Counted from the first letter of the stretch, positions 1 to 9,016 are shown. The stretch: 17,398 nt of DNA from Promethearchaeota archaeon (GCA_019058245.1 JAHPZJ010000014.1:115185-132582); one strand, 5' to 3'. Notes: generated by a model not told the origin, from the letters alone. Made by a program: numbers and translations.

Positions 1-105
1 CTCTCCCAGAATCCATAGGCAACTTAGAATCCCTTACATCTCTAGATTTATATTTTAATAAATTAAAAGCTCTCCCAGAATCCATAGGTAACTTAGAATC
101 CCTTA
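1..105 (+). repeat. Near-identical LRR-coding direct repeat, 69-nt period
   Basis: 1-36 ctctcccagaatccataggcaacttagaatccctta vs 70-105 ctctcccagaatccataggtaacttagaatccctta: 35/36 identical. Confidence 0.9.
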
Positions 106-413
106 AGTATCTAAGCTTATCAGGAAATCATTTTATACGTCTTCCGGAGTCAATAGGAAATTTAAAGTCACTAGTAGGTTTAAATCTTTCGGATACTACA
201 AAATCTCGTTTACCCAATTCTTTTAAAAATTTACAAGCTCTGGAATCCTTGAATATTAGTAATAATTTTTTTAGAACTATTCCTGATCAATTATTTTTCT
301 TAAAATCTTTAAAACATTTAGATATTAGCCGTAATGATGTACATAAATATAGAGGATATCAAGCTAGGAAAAGGGAACTAATAAGATTGTATCATGTAAT
401 GATAAAAGATTGA
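1..413 (+). CDS. Leucine-rich repeat protein, C-terminal part (5' end outside the window; frame begins at base 3)
   Basis: Manual translation from base 3: LPESIGNLESLTSLDLYFNKLKALPESIGNLESLKYLSLSGNHFIRLPESIGNLKSLVGLNLSD...IPDQLFFLKSLKHLDISRN...IKD*, with TGA at 411-413. About five 23-aa LxxLxLxxN/LPxxIGxL repeats. Not in the ORF track because it has no start in the window. Confidence 0.93.
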   Translation, partial: LPESIGNLESLTSLDLYFNKLKALPESIGNLESLKYLSLSGNHFIRLPESIGNLKSLVGLNLSDTTKSRLPNSFKNLQALESLNISNNFFRTIPDQLFFLKSLKHLDISRNDVHKYRGYQARKRELIRLYHVMIKD

Positions 414-752
414 TGATCCTTTTGGTTTTTTATAAATATTATTGATTCATGCGTCAACTCTTCGAGAAATTGATTATCATTTTGTAGTTTTTCTGAAATC
501 TGTGGATTACTAGCTGTATTACTAGAAATGTATTGATCAATTGCCATTTCAAATAATTATTCCATATTAAATAATTTATAACCTTCTAATTATATCTAAA
601 GAATTGATAATTATGGCCTATTATAAATTCTATTAAAAAAATTAACACTTAATATATAAAATTCTTTATCTGAATAAATGGACAAAAATTTTAGAACTAG
701 GATTTTTAATAATAAATTAATAATAAATTCACATAAAAACATATGATTTATT

Positions 753-1958
753 ATGGTAGTCTATTTTGCGTTTTTATTTCATATCTATCAACCGCCTGTA
801 CAAATTCCCTCAGTCATCAACCAAATCGTGAATGAATCCTATCGACCAATTATTGACGCAATGATGGAACACCCTGACGCGAAGATTACTTTAAATATTA
901 ACGGAACGTTAACGGAGCAATTACATGATTTTGGATATGATGACTTAATTGGATTGATGACTACCCTTGCCTCACGGGGGCAAATCGAATTTACGGGATC
1001 CGCAAAATTTCATCCTTTGCTTCCCCTTATTCCTGAACCTGAAATTAACCGTCAAATCGAATTAAATAATAAAACGAATCAATATTTTTTTGGGAAATTG
1101 TATAAACCACGGGGGTTTTTTCCCCCAGAAATGGCGGTCTCAGAAGAAGTGTTTAAAACTGTGAAAAAGGCGGGTTTTGACTGGATGATCATGAGTGGAA
1201 TTGCCAATACATTGCCAGAATTTCCCACTGACAATATTTCAATCCACCCAAATGGGTTAAAAGTGCTATTTAGGGATGATTATATATCGATCGATTGTGC
1301 CTTCGATAAAATTAATAATGTAGAAACATTTGCCAATCGATTAAAATATAAGGGAACAAAAGAAAATGTGTATATTATCACCGCAATGGATGGTGAAACC
1401 TTCGGGCACCATGTAAAACACGCTATAAAAAATTTTCTGATACCTCTTTTTCAAGCCTTACCTCACAGAGATGATATAAAATTATGCAATGTCTCAGAAA
1501 TTGTAGATAGATTCCCCAAGGGATTCACTCAGGTTCCAAGGGATTCCAGCTGGTCGACCATGCCCTACGATATTGCCCATGATGTACCCTTTCCCCTCTG
1601 GTTCGACCCCCACAATGAGATCCACCGAGAACAGCATAAATTCTTTATGTATGCCCTCACTCTCATTCACTTATCAGCAAAATACCGGGATAGCATGAAT
1701 GATGAGAAGAAAAGGATATTTGATAACGCCAGAAATTTATTAGATCGTGGTATACATTCCTGTTCTCAATGGTGGGCATCAAAACGCCCCTGGTACAGTC
1801 CTGACATGATTCTCCGTGGGTTAAATGAAGTATTGATGGCGAGTGTCAATGCGAAACGGAGTATTCCTGATAATATCCCTGACATTAAAGATGCGATGGA
1901 GCTTATTATGGGAGATATGCTCAAAGCGCAAAATAAAATTGTACTGTCTTTAATGTAA
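753..1958 (+). CDS. Glycoside hydrolase family 57 protein (alpha-amylase/amylopullulanase-like)
   Basis: GH57 conserved regions: FHIYQP, GSAKFHPLLPLIP, GFFPPEMAVS (nucleophile Glu), AMDGETFGHH (acid/base Asp), SSW, HSCSQWW. Confidence 0.9.
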   Translation: MVVYFAFLFHIYQPPVQIPSVINQIVNESYRPIIDAMMEHPDAKITLNINGTLTEQLHDFGYDDLIGLMTTLASRGQIEFTGSAKFHPLLPLIPEPEINRQIELNNKTNQYFFGKLYKPRGFFPPEMAVSEEVFKTVKKAGFDWMIMSGIANTLPEFPTDNISIHPNGLKVLFRDDYISIDCAFDKINNVETFANRLKYKGTKENVYIITAMDGETFGHHVKHAIKNFLIPLFQALPHRDDIKLCNVSEIVDRFPKGFTQVPRDSSWSTMPYDIAHDVPFPLWFDPHNEIHREQHKFFMYALTLIHLSAKYRDSMNDEKKRIFDNARNLLDRGIHSCSQWWASKRPWYSPDMILRGLNEVLMASVNAKRSIPDNIPDIKDAMELIMGDMLKAQNKIVLSLM

Positions 1959-1980
1959 GATTTAGAATTAAATAATAAGT

Positions 1981-2328
1981 TCAATCATTCCTAGAACGAA
2001 TTGCATAAAACCATTGATTCCAAATATTTAATAATTTCACAAACGTTTCTCTGTAAATTGAATATTCCTTGAATTTACCTTTTTTATAACTATAGATTAA
2101 TTTATGTTGCTCCAAAATTCTAATGTGATGGGAGATGGAAGGCTGACTTCTATTCAACTTATTTTCAATATCAGAAAGTAAACATGGCTTTTTATTTAAA
2201 AGGTTTAAAATTATAAATCTGTCTTCATTCCCTATAATTTCCATACATTGTTGTAGGAATTTATATGCTGTATTATTCTTGAATTTTTTTTTAATGGTCT
2301 TAATTTTATTCTTTGTTAATTCATTCAT
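1981..2328 (-). CDS. ArsR/SmtB-family winged-helix transcriptional regulator
   Basis: GNEDRFIILNLL...LNRSQPSISHHIRILEQHKLI...KKGKFKEYSI fits the ArsR wHTH pattern; 115 aa. Confidence 0.88.
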   Translation of the reverse strand: MNELTKNKIKTIKKKFKNNTAYKFLQQCMEIIGNEDRFIILNLLNKKPCLLSDIENKLNRSQPSISHHIRILEQHKLIYSYKKGKFKEYSIYRETFVKLLNIWNQWFYAIRSRND

Positions 2329-2369
2329 GTTTTTCTTCTTATTCTTTCTTTTATAATATTTTTAAAAAG

Positions 2370-3194
2370 TTATGATGAGAGTTTTTTAATCCAATTCTCC
2401 CATAAATACACAAATTCCATTATTTTTGACATATTTAATGAGTAATAAATATATTTTCCATCTTTCCACCCTTTAATCAATCCGGTTCTCTCTAATTTCT
2501 TAATATGATGTGAAGAAGTAGATTGAGATTTCCCAATAGACATCTGTATCTCATCCAATTTTAATGGTTGAGATTTTAATAGTTCTAATATTAAAAATCT
2601 TTCAGGATTAGAGAAAGATTTCAACCAATCAATTAAATTGATTTTTGAATCGAAAACTTCAATCTCAAGCATAGGATCTATTTCTTCATTTTGATTTTCA
2701 AGATAAGTTGCGTTTTCTAAGTTACTAATAACCTGGGACGATAAAATAGCTTTATCTGGTTGAATTAGCTGTTTAATCTGTTCAAATTTCTCATTACCTT
2801 TCTTAAGTTTATTTTTCACTTGATGATTATACATCGCAAGTTCTATCGTAGGTAGAAGGTCATCTTCACTTGTGATAGGTTTTACTATGTATCCATAGGG
2901 TTCTGATAATTTCGCTCTATCTAAAGTTTTTTTATCTCCATATGCAGTGATAAATATTATAGGGATGTTATAGTCTCTGTTAATAATTTTCGCTGTTTCA
3001 ATTCCATCCATCGTACCAGCTAGAATTATATCCATCAATATTAAATCTAGATTTAAAATCTCTATTTTAGAAAGTGCTTCTTCTCCTGAAGGAACAATGG
3101 CAATTGGATTATAATTTAATTTTTTTAGAAGAACTGCTATCGCCTCAGCGGTTATTAATTCATCTTCAACAATCATAACGTTTAATTGCGCCAT
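2370..3194 (-). CDS. Response regulator, N-terminal receiver domain plus C-terminal ArsR-type HTH
   Basis: REC residues intact: IVEDE, LILMD55, FIT83AY, IVK105P. C-terminal SNPERFLILELL...SQSTSSHHIKKLERTGLI...KDGKYIYYSL is an ArsR wHTH. Confidence 0.9.
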   Translation of the reverse strand: MAQLNVMIVEDELITAEAIAVLLKKLNYNPIAIVPSGEEALSKIEILNLDLILMDIILAGTMDGIETAKIINRDYNIPIIFITAYGDKKTLDRAKLSEPYGYIVKPITSEDDLLPTIELAMYNHQVKNKLKKGNEKFEQIKQLIQPDKAILSSQVISNLENATYLENQNEEIDPMLEIEVFDSKINLIDWLKSFSNPERFLILELLKSQPLKLDEIQMSIGKSQSTSSHHIKKLERTGLIKGWKDGKYIYYSLNMSKIMEFVYLWENWIKKLSS

Positions 3195-3223
3195 TCTACT
3201 ATATCATAAAATAGTTTTTAAAA

Positions 3224-5134
3224 TTACCAGGTAATTACTACATGAGTCCCATTATTTTTTTTAATAGAAATCTTCCCATCCATTTGTTTGGTTATAGTGG
3301 ATATAAGTTTCAAACCTAATGTATCTGATGTTTTAAAATCTACATCATTGGGAAAACCAATTCCGTTATCATATACCTCTAATAATATTCTATTGTTTAT
3401 GGTTTTCTTTAGGGTTACATCAATTTTTCCATTATAATTTTTAGGAAATGCATGTTTTAATGAGTTAGATACAAGTTCATTTATAATTAAACCACAAGAC
3501 ATAGCTTTGTCTAGACTAAGATCAACATTTTCAATATTCAACTCTAGTTTAATCTGCTTGGAATTTGCTAAATAAGCTTTAAATAGATTATTGACAAGGT
3601 TTTTTATATAATTAGAAAGATGAATATTATTCAAGTTTTCAGAGTTATATAATGTTTGATGTATTAACGCCATAACTTTAATACGATTTTGGAAATCCTT
3701 AAAAATATGAAGAATTCTATCATCTTTAACATATTGTTCTTGTAGTAATATTAAGCTTGAAATTATTTGCAAATTATTTTTTACTCTATGATGAATTTCT
3801 TTTAGAAGTATTTCTTTTTCCGCTAGCGAGGATTCTAAGAGAAATTCATTCTTTTTCTGCTCAGATATATCAATTATATTTATATGTAAAGCGGTAGTAC
3901 CTTGAAATTGAATCGTTTTAAAATATTGCCGTATATATAAATAACTCTCATCTTTCTTCTTCATTCGTATTTCGGATTGAAATGAGGATATTTCATTTTT
4001 TATAATTTTATTATAATTTTCAATAGTCATTTGTAAATCTTCAGGATGAATATGTTGGGTTATTTTGTTTAAATTCCAGGATAATAATTTATTTATTGAA
4101 AATCCTAAAATGTTAGATATACCCCTATTTGCAAATACTATCCGTCCATTAGCAATTATAAGTGTGCCTAATAAGGATTGTTCTGTAAGCATTCGATATT
4201 TTTCTTCACTTTTTCTTAACTCTTTTTCAGCAGAATCACGAACAATAACACTTGCAAGAACATTGGCTATAGATTGTAAAAAATTAATATCGTCTTTTGA
4301 AAATATTCGATGTTTACTTGTATGAGCTCCTAATATCCCAAAAGGACTGTTTTTTCCTTGTATAATTACACTCATTCCACTAATAACATCATGATCAGCA
4401 AGAAGTTTAGGGGCGAAGAATCTGGTTTCAGTTTTTAAATTTTCTACAATTACTGGAGTAGTTGTTAATAATGTAAAACCTGCTTGTGAATTCTTATTAT
4501 TTTCAACAGTTGCTTTTCCAACCAACCCCTCATGCCAACCAACTCCTGCTCGTAACTTCAAAAATTTCTTATCAGGAAGAATTTCAAGTACCTTTGTAAA
4601 CTCAACATCCAATATTTTTGCAAGCAATAATGTTGCTCGTTTAAATGAATTATCAATATTTTTCTCTGTAATAGTTTCCAAGCCAAATTGCGCAATCAAA
4701 GCTTGTCTATGGATATGGTTTTCAATAAATTGCTCAGTTTTTCTGGATTTCGTTAAATCTTCGGAAACACAGAGTATTCCGATAATTTTGTGTTCTTTAT
4801 TTGAAATTGGTGCTTGATTTGATGAAAGTTGAATATAGATTCCATTCTTTTTTTTAAAACGATATTCAATATCTTTTACCACTCTTCCCTCCATTACTTC
4901 TTTAATTCCTTTAGCAAAAATCACTTGATCATCAGGATGAATTAATTCAAAAACTTCTAATGAATTAAGGATTTCTTCTTTATTATATCCTAAAATTTCA
5001 ATAAATGAATTATTAACTTCAATAAAATTCAAGTTTATATCTAATTTATAAACCATACACTTTGAAATATTAAGCAGTGTCTGAAATATCTCTTCTGGTA
5101 AACATTGAGAACAATTAACATCCTTTTTGTTCAT
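3224..5134 (-). CDS. Cytoplasmic sensor histidine kinase, PAS-GAF-PAS-HisKA_2-HATPase
   Basis: Two PAS domains (LIHPDD, HIHPED, PAC-like RFKKKNG / RMKKKD), a GAF domain (LRAGVGW...SQAGFTL...FLQSIANVLA), HisKA_2 H-box LKEIHHRVKNNLQ, N-box NELVSNSLKHAF, G-boxes DNGIG and LGLKLI. No TM segment. Confidence 0.93.
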   Translation of the reverse strand: MNKKDVNCSQCLPEEIFQTLLNISKCMVYKLDINLNFIEVNNSFIEILGYNKEEILNSLEVFELIHPDDQVIFAKGIKEVMEGRVVKDIEYRFKKKNGIYIQLSSNQAPISNKEHKIIGILCVSEDLTKSRKTEQFIENHIHRQALIAQFGLETITEKNIDNSFKRATLLLAKILDVEFTKVLEILPDKKFLKLRAGVGWHEGLVGKATVENNKNSQAGFTLLTTTPVIVENLKTETRFFAPKLLADHDVISGMSVIIQGKNSPFGILGAHTSKHRIFSKDDINFLQSIANVLASVIVRDSAEKELRKSEEKYRMLTEQSLLGTLIIANGRIVFANRGISNILGFSINKLLSWNLNKITQHIHPEDLQMTIENYNKIIKNEISSFQSEIRMKKKDESYLYIRQYFKTIQFQGTTALHINIIDISEQKKNEFLLESSLAEKEILLKEIHHRVKNNLQIISSLILLQEQYVKDDRILHIFKDFQNRIKVMALIHQTLYNSENLNNIHLSNYIKNLVNNLFKAYLANSKQIKLELNIENVDLSLDKAMSCGLIINELVSNSLKHAFPKNYNGKIDVTLKKTINNRILLEVYDNGIGFPNDVDFKTSDTLGLKLISTITKQMDGKISIKKNNGTHVVITW

Positions 5135-5358
5135 AATATTTGATTTGAAATTTTATTTAATTTTAATAATCTAAGTGTTTTAATATATTTTCGTTAAAAA
5201 ATCTCAAGATATAAGTTCTTTCTATACTTAAATATAACTTCTAATAATATTATATGGAATAATAAAAATAAGGTTTATGAATATAAATCGAAATGATTTA
5301 ATATTAATCTTTATTTGAGAATCTAAAAAATTAAATGAAGACTTATTTTTTAATCAAA

Positions 5359-5397
5359 CGAAGGATTTTTATATAAATAATGAATTATTTTATTCAT
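5359..5397 (+). promoter_or_regulatory. Putative archaeal BRE/TATA promoter of the redox operon, followed by an inverted repeat
   Basis: cgaagga-tttttatataaa (TATA-like at 5368-5377), followed by ATGAAT-N6-ATTCAT at 5380-5397, about 75 nt before the ATG at 5472. The region is very AT-rich, so a chance match is possible. Confidence 0.4.
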
Positions 5398-5471
5398 ATA
5401 AAAAACTTTGATTCTTTATTCATTGTTTTTTATTTCAAATATTTTAAATTTAAAAATATAGGAGAAATAAA

Positions 5472-5957
5472 ATGGTAAAACTAACAAGTGAAATGAAAGA
5501 TGGTTTAAGAGTCCCCGGAAAAGGGGGCAGCTTGGTGTATTTGGCAACATCATCCGTCGATGGTAAACCAAATATTGCTGCTATGCGTTACGTGGATTCT
5601 TATAAAGATGATAAGATCTTAATTTCAGATATGTTTTTGTTGAAAACTAAAACAAACCTTAAAGAGAATCCCGAATGCATTATAGCAATATGCCATCCCA
5701 TGGATTCTGGAAGAGATTGGGTTTTTAAAGGAAAAGCTATTGATATTGAATATGGGTTTCCTCCAGATTTTGATTGGTATGGGATCAAAGCTAAAGAAAT
5801 TTTAGATGGTTGGGGTGATTGGCATCATAAAGAACCTCCAGATGAAGTTCCTCCTGATGTAGTATACTCTAAACCAGCTCAGCGTGGAGTTGTAGTATTA
5901 CATGTAGAAAAAATTTATTCAATAGAAAAAAGTAAAGTAGGAGAAAAAATACAATAG
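5472..5957 (+). CDS. Pyridoxamine 5'-phosphate oxidase-like (split-barrel, FMN-binding) protein
   Basis: YLATSSVDGKPN...ISDMFLLKTKTNLKENP...VFKGKA pattern; SD-like aggaga at 5460-5465. Confidence 0.8.
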   Translation: MVKLTSEMKDGLRVPGKGGSLVYLATSSVDGKPNIAAMRYVDSYKDDKILISDMFLLKTKTNLKENPECIIAICHPMDSGRDWVFKGKAIDIEYGFPPDFDWYGIKAKEILDGWGDWHHKEPPDEVPPDVVYSKPAQRGVVVLHVEKIYSIEKSKVGEKIQ

Positions 5958-5969
5958 GAGGAGAAAAAA

Positions 5970-6386
5970 ATGGTATTAAAACTAACTGAAAGAATGAAAG
6001 CTTGGATTAAAACTGGTTGTCATTTAAATGTGGCAACAAAAAATGGAATCCCTTTCCTCACTGTATCAAGAAACGTAAAATCTGTTTCGGACGATGAAAT
6101 TGTCTTTGCTTTATCTCAAGATGAATATTTTGTAATTAAGTCTGCTTTTTCCGAAAATCCGTGGGTTGCTATTGGAGTGTCTAAAGCAGGAGGTATCCGG
6201 GCATGTTATCAATTCAAAGGTAAAGGAACAGTTGATAAAGAAGGAGGTATTTATAACTTAAAAGTAAATCTCTCAGAAGTTTACTGTACTAAACCAGGTT
6301 GCTATGCTGGACAAAGACTTGATACTAAACCCGCTCAAGAATGTGAAGAATGGGAACATGGTCTTTGGACCGATTTACCAAAATAA
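5970..6386 (+). CDS. Second PNPOx-like split-barrel protein (paralogue of the upstream gene)
   Basis: LNVATKNGIP...ENPWVAI...YQFKGKG...EVYCTKPGCYAGQRL; strong SD aggaggag immediately upstream. Confidence 0.75.
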   Translation: MVLKLTERMKAWIKTGCHLNVATKNGIPFLTVSRNVKSVSDDEIVFALSQDEYFVIKSAFSENPWVAIGVSKAGGIRACYQFKGKGTVDKEGGIYNLKVNLSEVYCTKPGCYAGQRLDTKPAQECEEWEHGLWTDLPK

Positions 6387-6476
6387 AATATTTTTTTTTG
6401 AATTTCAAATGTAATAAAATTTGAATTTTATTGGATTAGAGAATTTGCAGTAAATATTGGATGTATGGTGAAATAA

Positions 6477-6785
6477 TTGGTAGTTGAAAAAGATATTGAA
6501 GAGAAAATTATTGGTAAGAAGAAACCAAAGAAGCTTCCTAAAAAAATGCCTTGGTTTATGCCTTTCATGTGTGATGGATGTGGTGATTGTGTTAAAGTTT
6601 GCCCTCAAGGTGGAATCAAATTATTAGGTCTTGAAAGAAAAGTTCCATCTGCATGGCTAATATATCCTGATTACTGCATTGGATGTGCGAAATGTGCAGA
6701 AGCTTGTCAAAGTTCAGCGGTTCAAATGACATCATATGTAGAAAAAGCTATTGAAAGATATAAGACTAAAAAACCCTTCCAATAA
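6477..6785 (+). CDS. 2[4Fe-4S] ferredoxin-like protein (TTG start)
   Basis: CDGCGDCVKVCP and CIGCAKCAEAC motifs; ggtga SD-like element upstream of the TTG. Confidence 0.88.
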   Translation: MVVEKDIEEKIIGKKKPKKLPKKMPWFMPFMCDGCGDCVKVCPQGGIKLLGLERKVPSAWLIYPDYCIGCAKCAEACQSSAVQMTSYVEKAIERYKTKKPFQ

Positions 6786-6832
6786 AGTTTAAAAAAAAAT
6801 GAATTAAAACTAAAAAAAAGAGGAAATTTGAA

Positions 6833-7903
6833 ATGGTTATTTTTGATCTAAGAAGATGTGATTTTTCAAAATGCAAAGGTGAATGTTTAGCAAATTGTCT
6901 TTTTGTCGATTATGACGAGAAAAAGGCAAAAGAAGACATTGCTAAATTAATTCGCCAAGAACCTGCAGATATACTAGCAAAATGTGTTACCTGTTATGCC
7001 TGTAATGAGTTTTGTCCAACTGGGGCAAACCCTTGGGAGTTAATTAATGCTATGCAGCAAAAAACTGGACTATATTTGTACCCTGACAAAGCTAAAAAAA
7101 CAGCAAGAGGATGGGCAACAAAAGAGGACCGTATTATTAAAGGTGACCCAGATAAACCGGCAATTTCTTTAGGAGGTTTTATGGATGTACTTCCTTGGGA
7201 TAAAGTCTTTAGAGGAAAATTATTTGAAGATTTGACTATGATTATGGGAGGATCATATTGTTGCAGAATGGGAGCAACTCATATGGGAGAAAGAGACCCT
7301 CCGTTTAAATATCTTCCTACCTTAGTAAAAAATTTAGCTGAAACAGGTCAGAAAGAAATAATTTTTTACCATGATGCATGTTATAGCCTATTAACTTCTG
7401 AAGCTTTAGCTCAAATGATTGAAGTCCCTTTTAAGCCTGTACATTATATTGAATATATAAGAAATTGGCTTCGGGAACATACGGATGAGTTAACTCCCTT
7501 AAATATTAAAGTGGCTTATCAACGTCCCTGTACTTCTAGATATAATCCACATGGTGATATGGATGAAACTGTATATGATTGGATCGAAGAGATCTTTGAA
7601 TTACTTGGTGTAGAACTCGTAAAACGTAAATATGAAAAAGAAAATTCAATGTGTTGCAGTTCAGGAATATTTCCAACTCAAAGGGAAAGAGCAATGGATT
7701 ATGTTCATATGAATTTGCAAGATGCTAAAGATGCTGGAGCAGAAGCTTATATTTTCTTCTGTCCTATTTGTGCTGCTGTGATGAGACAACCCTCCAAAAA
7801 AGAATTTGGAATGGAACCATATCATGTGATAATGCTAGTACAAAAAGCTTTAGGAGAAGATTTGCCAGTAGGTGGAGCAGCTATAGGGATACCAGCCCAT
7901 TAA
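6833..7903 (+). CDS. Fe-S oxidoreductase with an N-terminal 4Fe-4S dicluster and two CCG-like domains (HdrD/GlpC-like)
   Basis: CDFSKCKGECLANC and CVTCYACNEFCP; cysteine-rich domains YCCRMG...HDACY and YQRPC...MCCSSG...CPIC. Confidence 0.82.
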   Translation: MVIFDLRRCDFSKCKGECLANCLFVDYDEKKAKEDIAKLIRQEPADILAKCVTCYACNEFCPTGANPWELINAMQQKTGLYLYPDKAKKTARGWATKEDRIIKGDPDKPAISLGGFMDVLPWDKVFRGKLFEDLTMIMGGSYCCRMGATHMGERDPPFKYLPTLVKNLAETGQKEIIFYHDACYSLLTSEALAQMIEVPFKPVHYIEYIRNWLREHTDELTPLNIKVAYQRPCTSRYNPHGDMDETVYDWIEEIFELLGVELVKRKYEKENSMCCSSGIFPTQRERAMDYVHMNLQDAKDAGAEAYIFFCPICAAVMRQPSKKEFGMEPYHVIMLVQKALGEDLPVGGAAIGIPAH

Positions 7904-7942
7904 ATTCTTTATTTTTTTCTTTAAATTAATAGGTGTTTAATT

Positions 7943-8692
7943 TTGAGAATTTTGATTAGTATCCGTTCCTTTGAAGAGTTGAAATCTGCTATTGATGGAG
8001 GAGCTGATATAATAGATTTAAAAAATCCCGATGAAGGATCACTAGGGGCACCATTTCCATGGTTAATTAAAAAAATTAGAAATTATAGCAATGATTTTAC
8101 TTTAAGTGTTGCTATTGGTGATATGCCCAATTTACCTGGAACTGCCTCTCTCGCTTCTTCTGGAGCAGCTTTATGTGGTGCAGATATAATTAAATTAGGG
8201 CTTTATGGACCTCGTAATTTTAAAGAAGCTGTAAAATTATTAAAAAGTGTACGGAAAGCAATAAAAGACATAAATCAGAATATTATTGTTGTAGGTGCCG
8301 GTTATGCAGATTTTACTTCTTTTAATGGTATAGATTCCTTAGATATCCCAACGATATGCAATCAAGCTGGAGCAGATATTGCTATGTTAGATACATATTC
8401 GAAAAATGGTCAAAAATTATTTGACTTTATAAATTCTGATAAATTACGAATTTTTATTGATAAAACTCATCAGAGTGGCTTATTAGCAGCTCTAGCTGGA
8501 TCACTCGGATTAAATGATATAATAAAAGTCAATGAATTAGGAGCAGATATTATTGGCTTTAGAGGTGCTGCTTGCAGTGAGTCTGATAGGAAGAATGGAG
8601 TAGTTGAACTTAATAGAGTAAGAAAAATTGTAAGGATATCACAGAATCAAAATACTTATAAGAGAGTTATAAGTTCTACTTCAATAAAATAA
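7943..8692 (+). CDS. mfnB: (5-formylfuran-3-yl)methyl phosphate synthase (4-HFC-P synthase, methanofuran biosynthesis; TTG start)
   Basis: Signature GGADIIDLKNPDEGSLGAPFPW (Schiff-base Lys27), SVAIGDMP..PGTASLA, IKLGLYG, MLDT..K.G, LAGSL, DIIGFRGAAC; TIM-barrel length (249 aa). Confidence 0.9.
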   Translation: MRILISIRSFEELKSAIDGGADIIDLKNPDEGSLGAPFPWLIKKIRNYSNDFTLSVAIGDMPNLPGTASLASSGAALCGADIIKLGLYGPRNFKEAVKLLKSVRKAIKDINQNIIVVGAGYADFTSFNGIDSLDIPTICNQAGADIAMLDTYSKNGQKLFDFINSDKLRIFIDKTHQSGLLAALAGSLGLNDIIKVNELGADIIGFRGAACSESDRKNGVVELNRVRKIVRISQNQNTYKRVISSTSIK

Positions 8693-8760
8693 AATTATTT
8701 TAAAAAAATAAGTTACTATATAAAAAGTTAATAAATTTAGAAAGTATCGGTTGTAAAAGT

Positions 8761-9015
8761 ATGAGTACTATTAAAATTAAACATTCTCCTGAAAAATGTT
8801 ATGCTTGTAAAACATGTGAATTAATATGTTCTTATCATCATACAAAAACGTTTCAACCATCAGTTTCAAGTATTTCTGTTGAGAGAGACCATATTAATGG
8901 GAATTGGTATTGGATATTAAAGGATAATTGTGATAAATGTCAGGGTGAAGAACAACCTTTATGTGTAAAATTTTGTTTTTATGATGCTATTACTGTTGAG
9001 GAGGGTGAAGATTAA
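8761..9015 (+). CDS. Small 4Fe-4S ferredoxin-like partner of the AOR
   Basis: CYACKTCELICS and CDKC...PLCVKFC; its stop lies 1 nt before the AOR start. Confidence 0.85.
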   Translation: MSTIKIKHSPEKCYACKTCELICSYHHTKTFQPSVSSISVERDHINGNWYWILKDNCDKCQGEEQPLCVKFCFYDAITVEEGED

Positions 9016-9016
9016 G

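Noticed and set aside
1111-1126. ggggg-tttttt-ccccc hairpin / homopolymer run
   Set aside because: It encodes the conserved GH57 RGFFPP motif and the frame is intact; no evidence for phase variation or an RNA structure role.
8981-9016. ATG start at 8981 for the AOR (MMLLLLRRVKIK extension, superficially signal-like)
   Set aside because: It overlaps the ferredoxin gene. GTG 9017 has an SD-like motif and gives a normal AOR N-terminus, so this is not a Tat or Sec signal.
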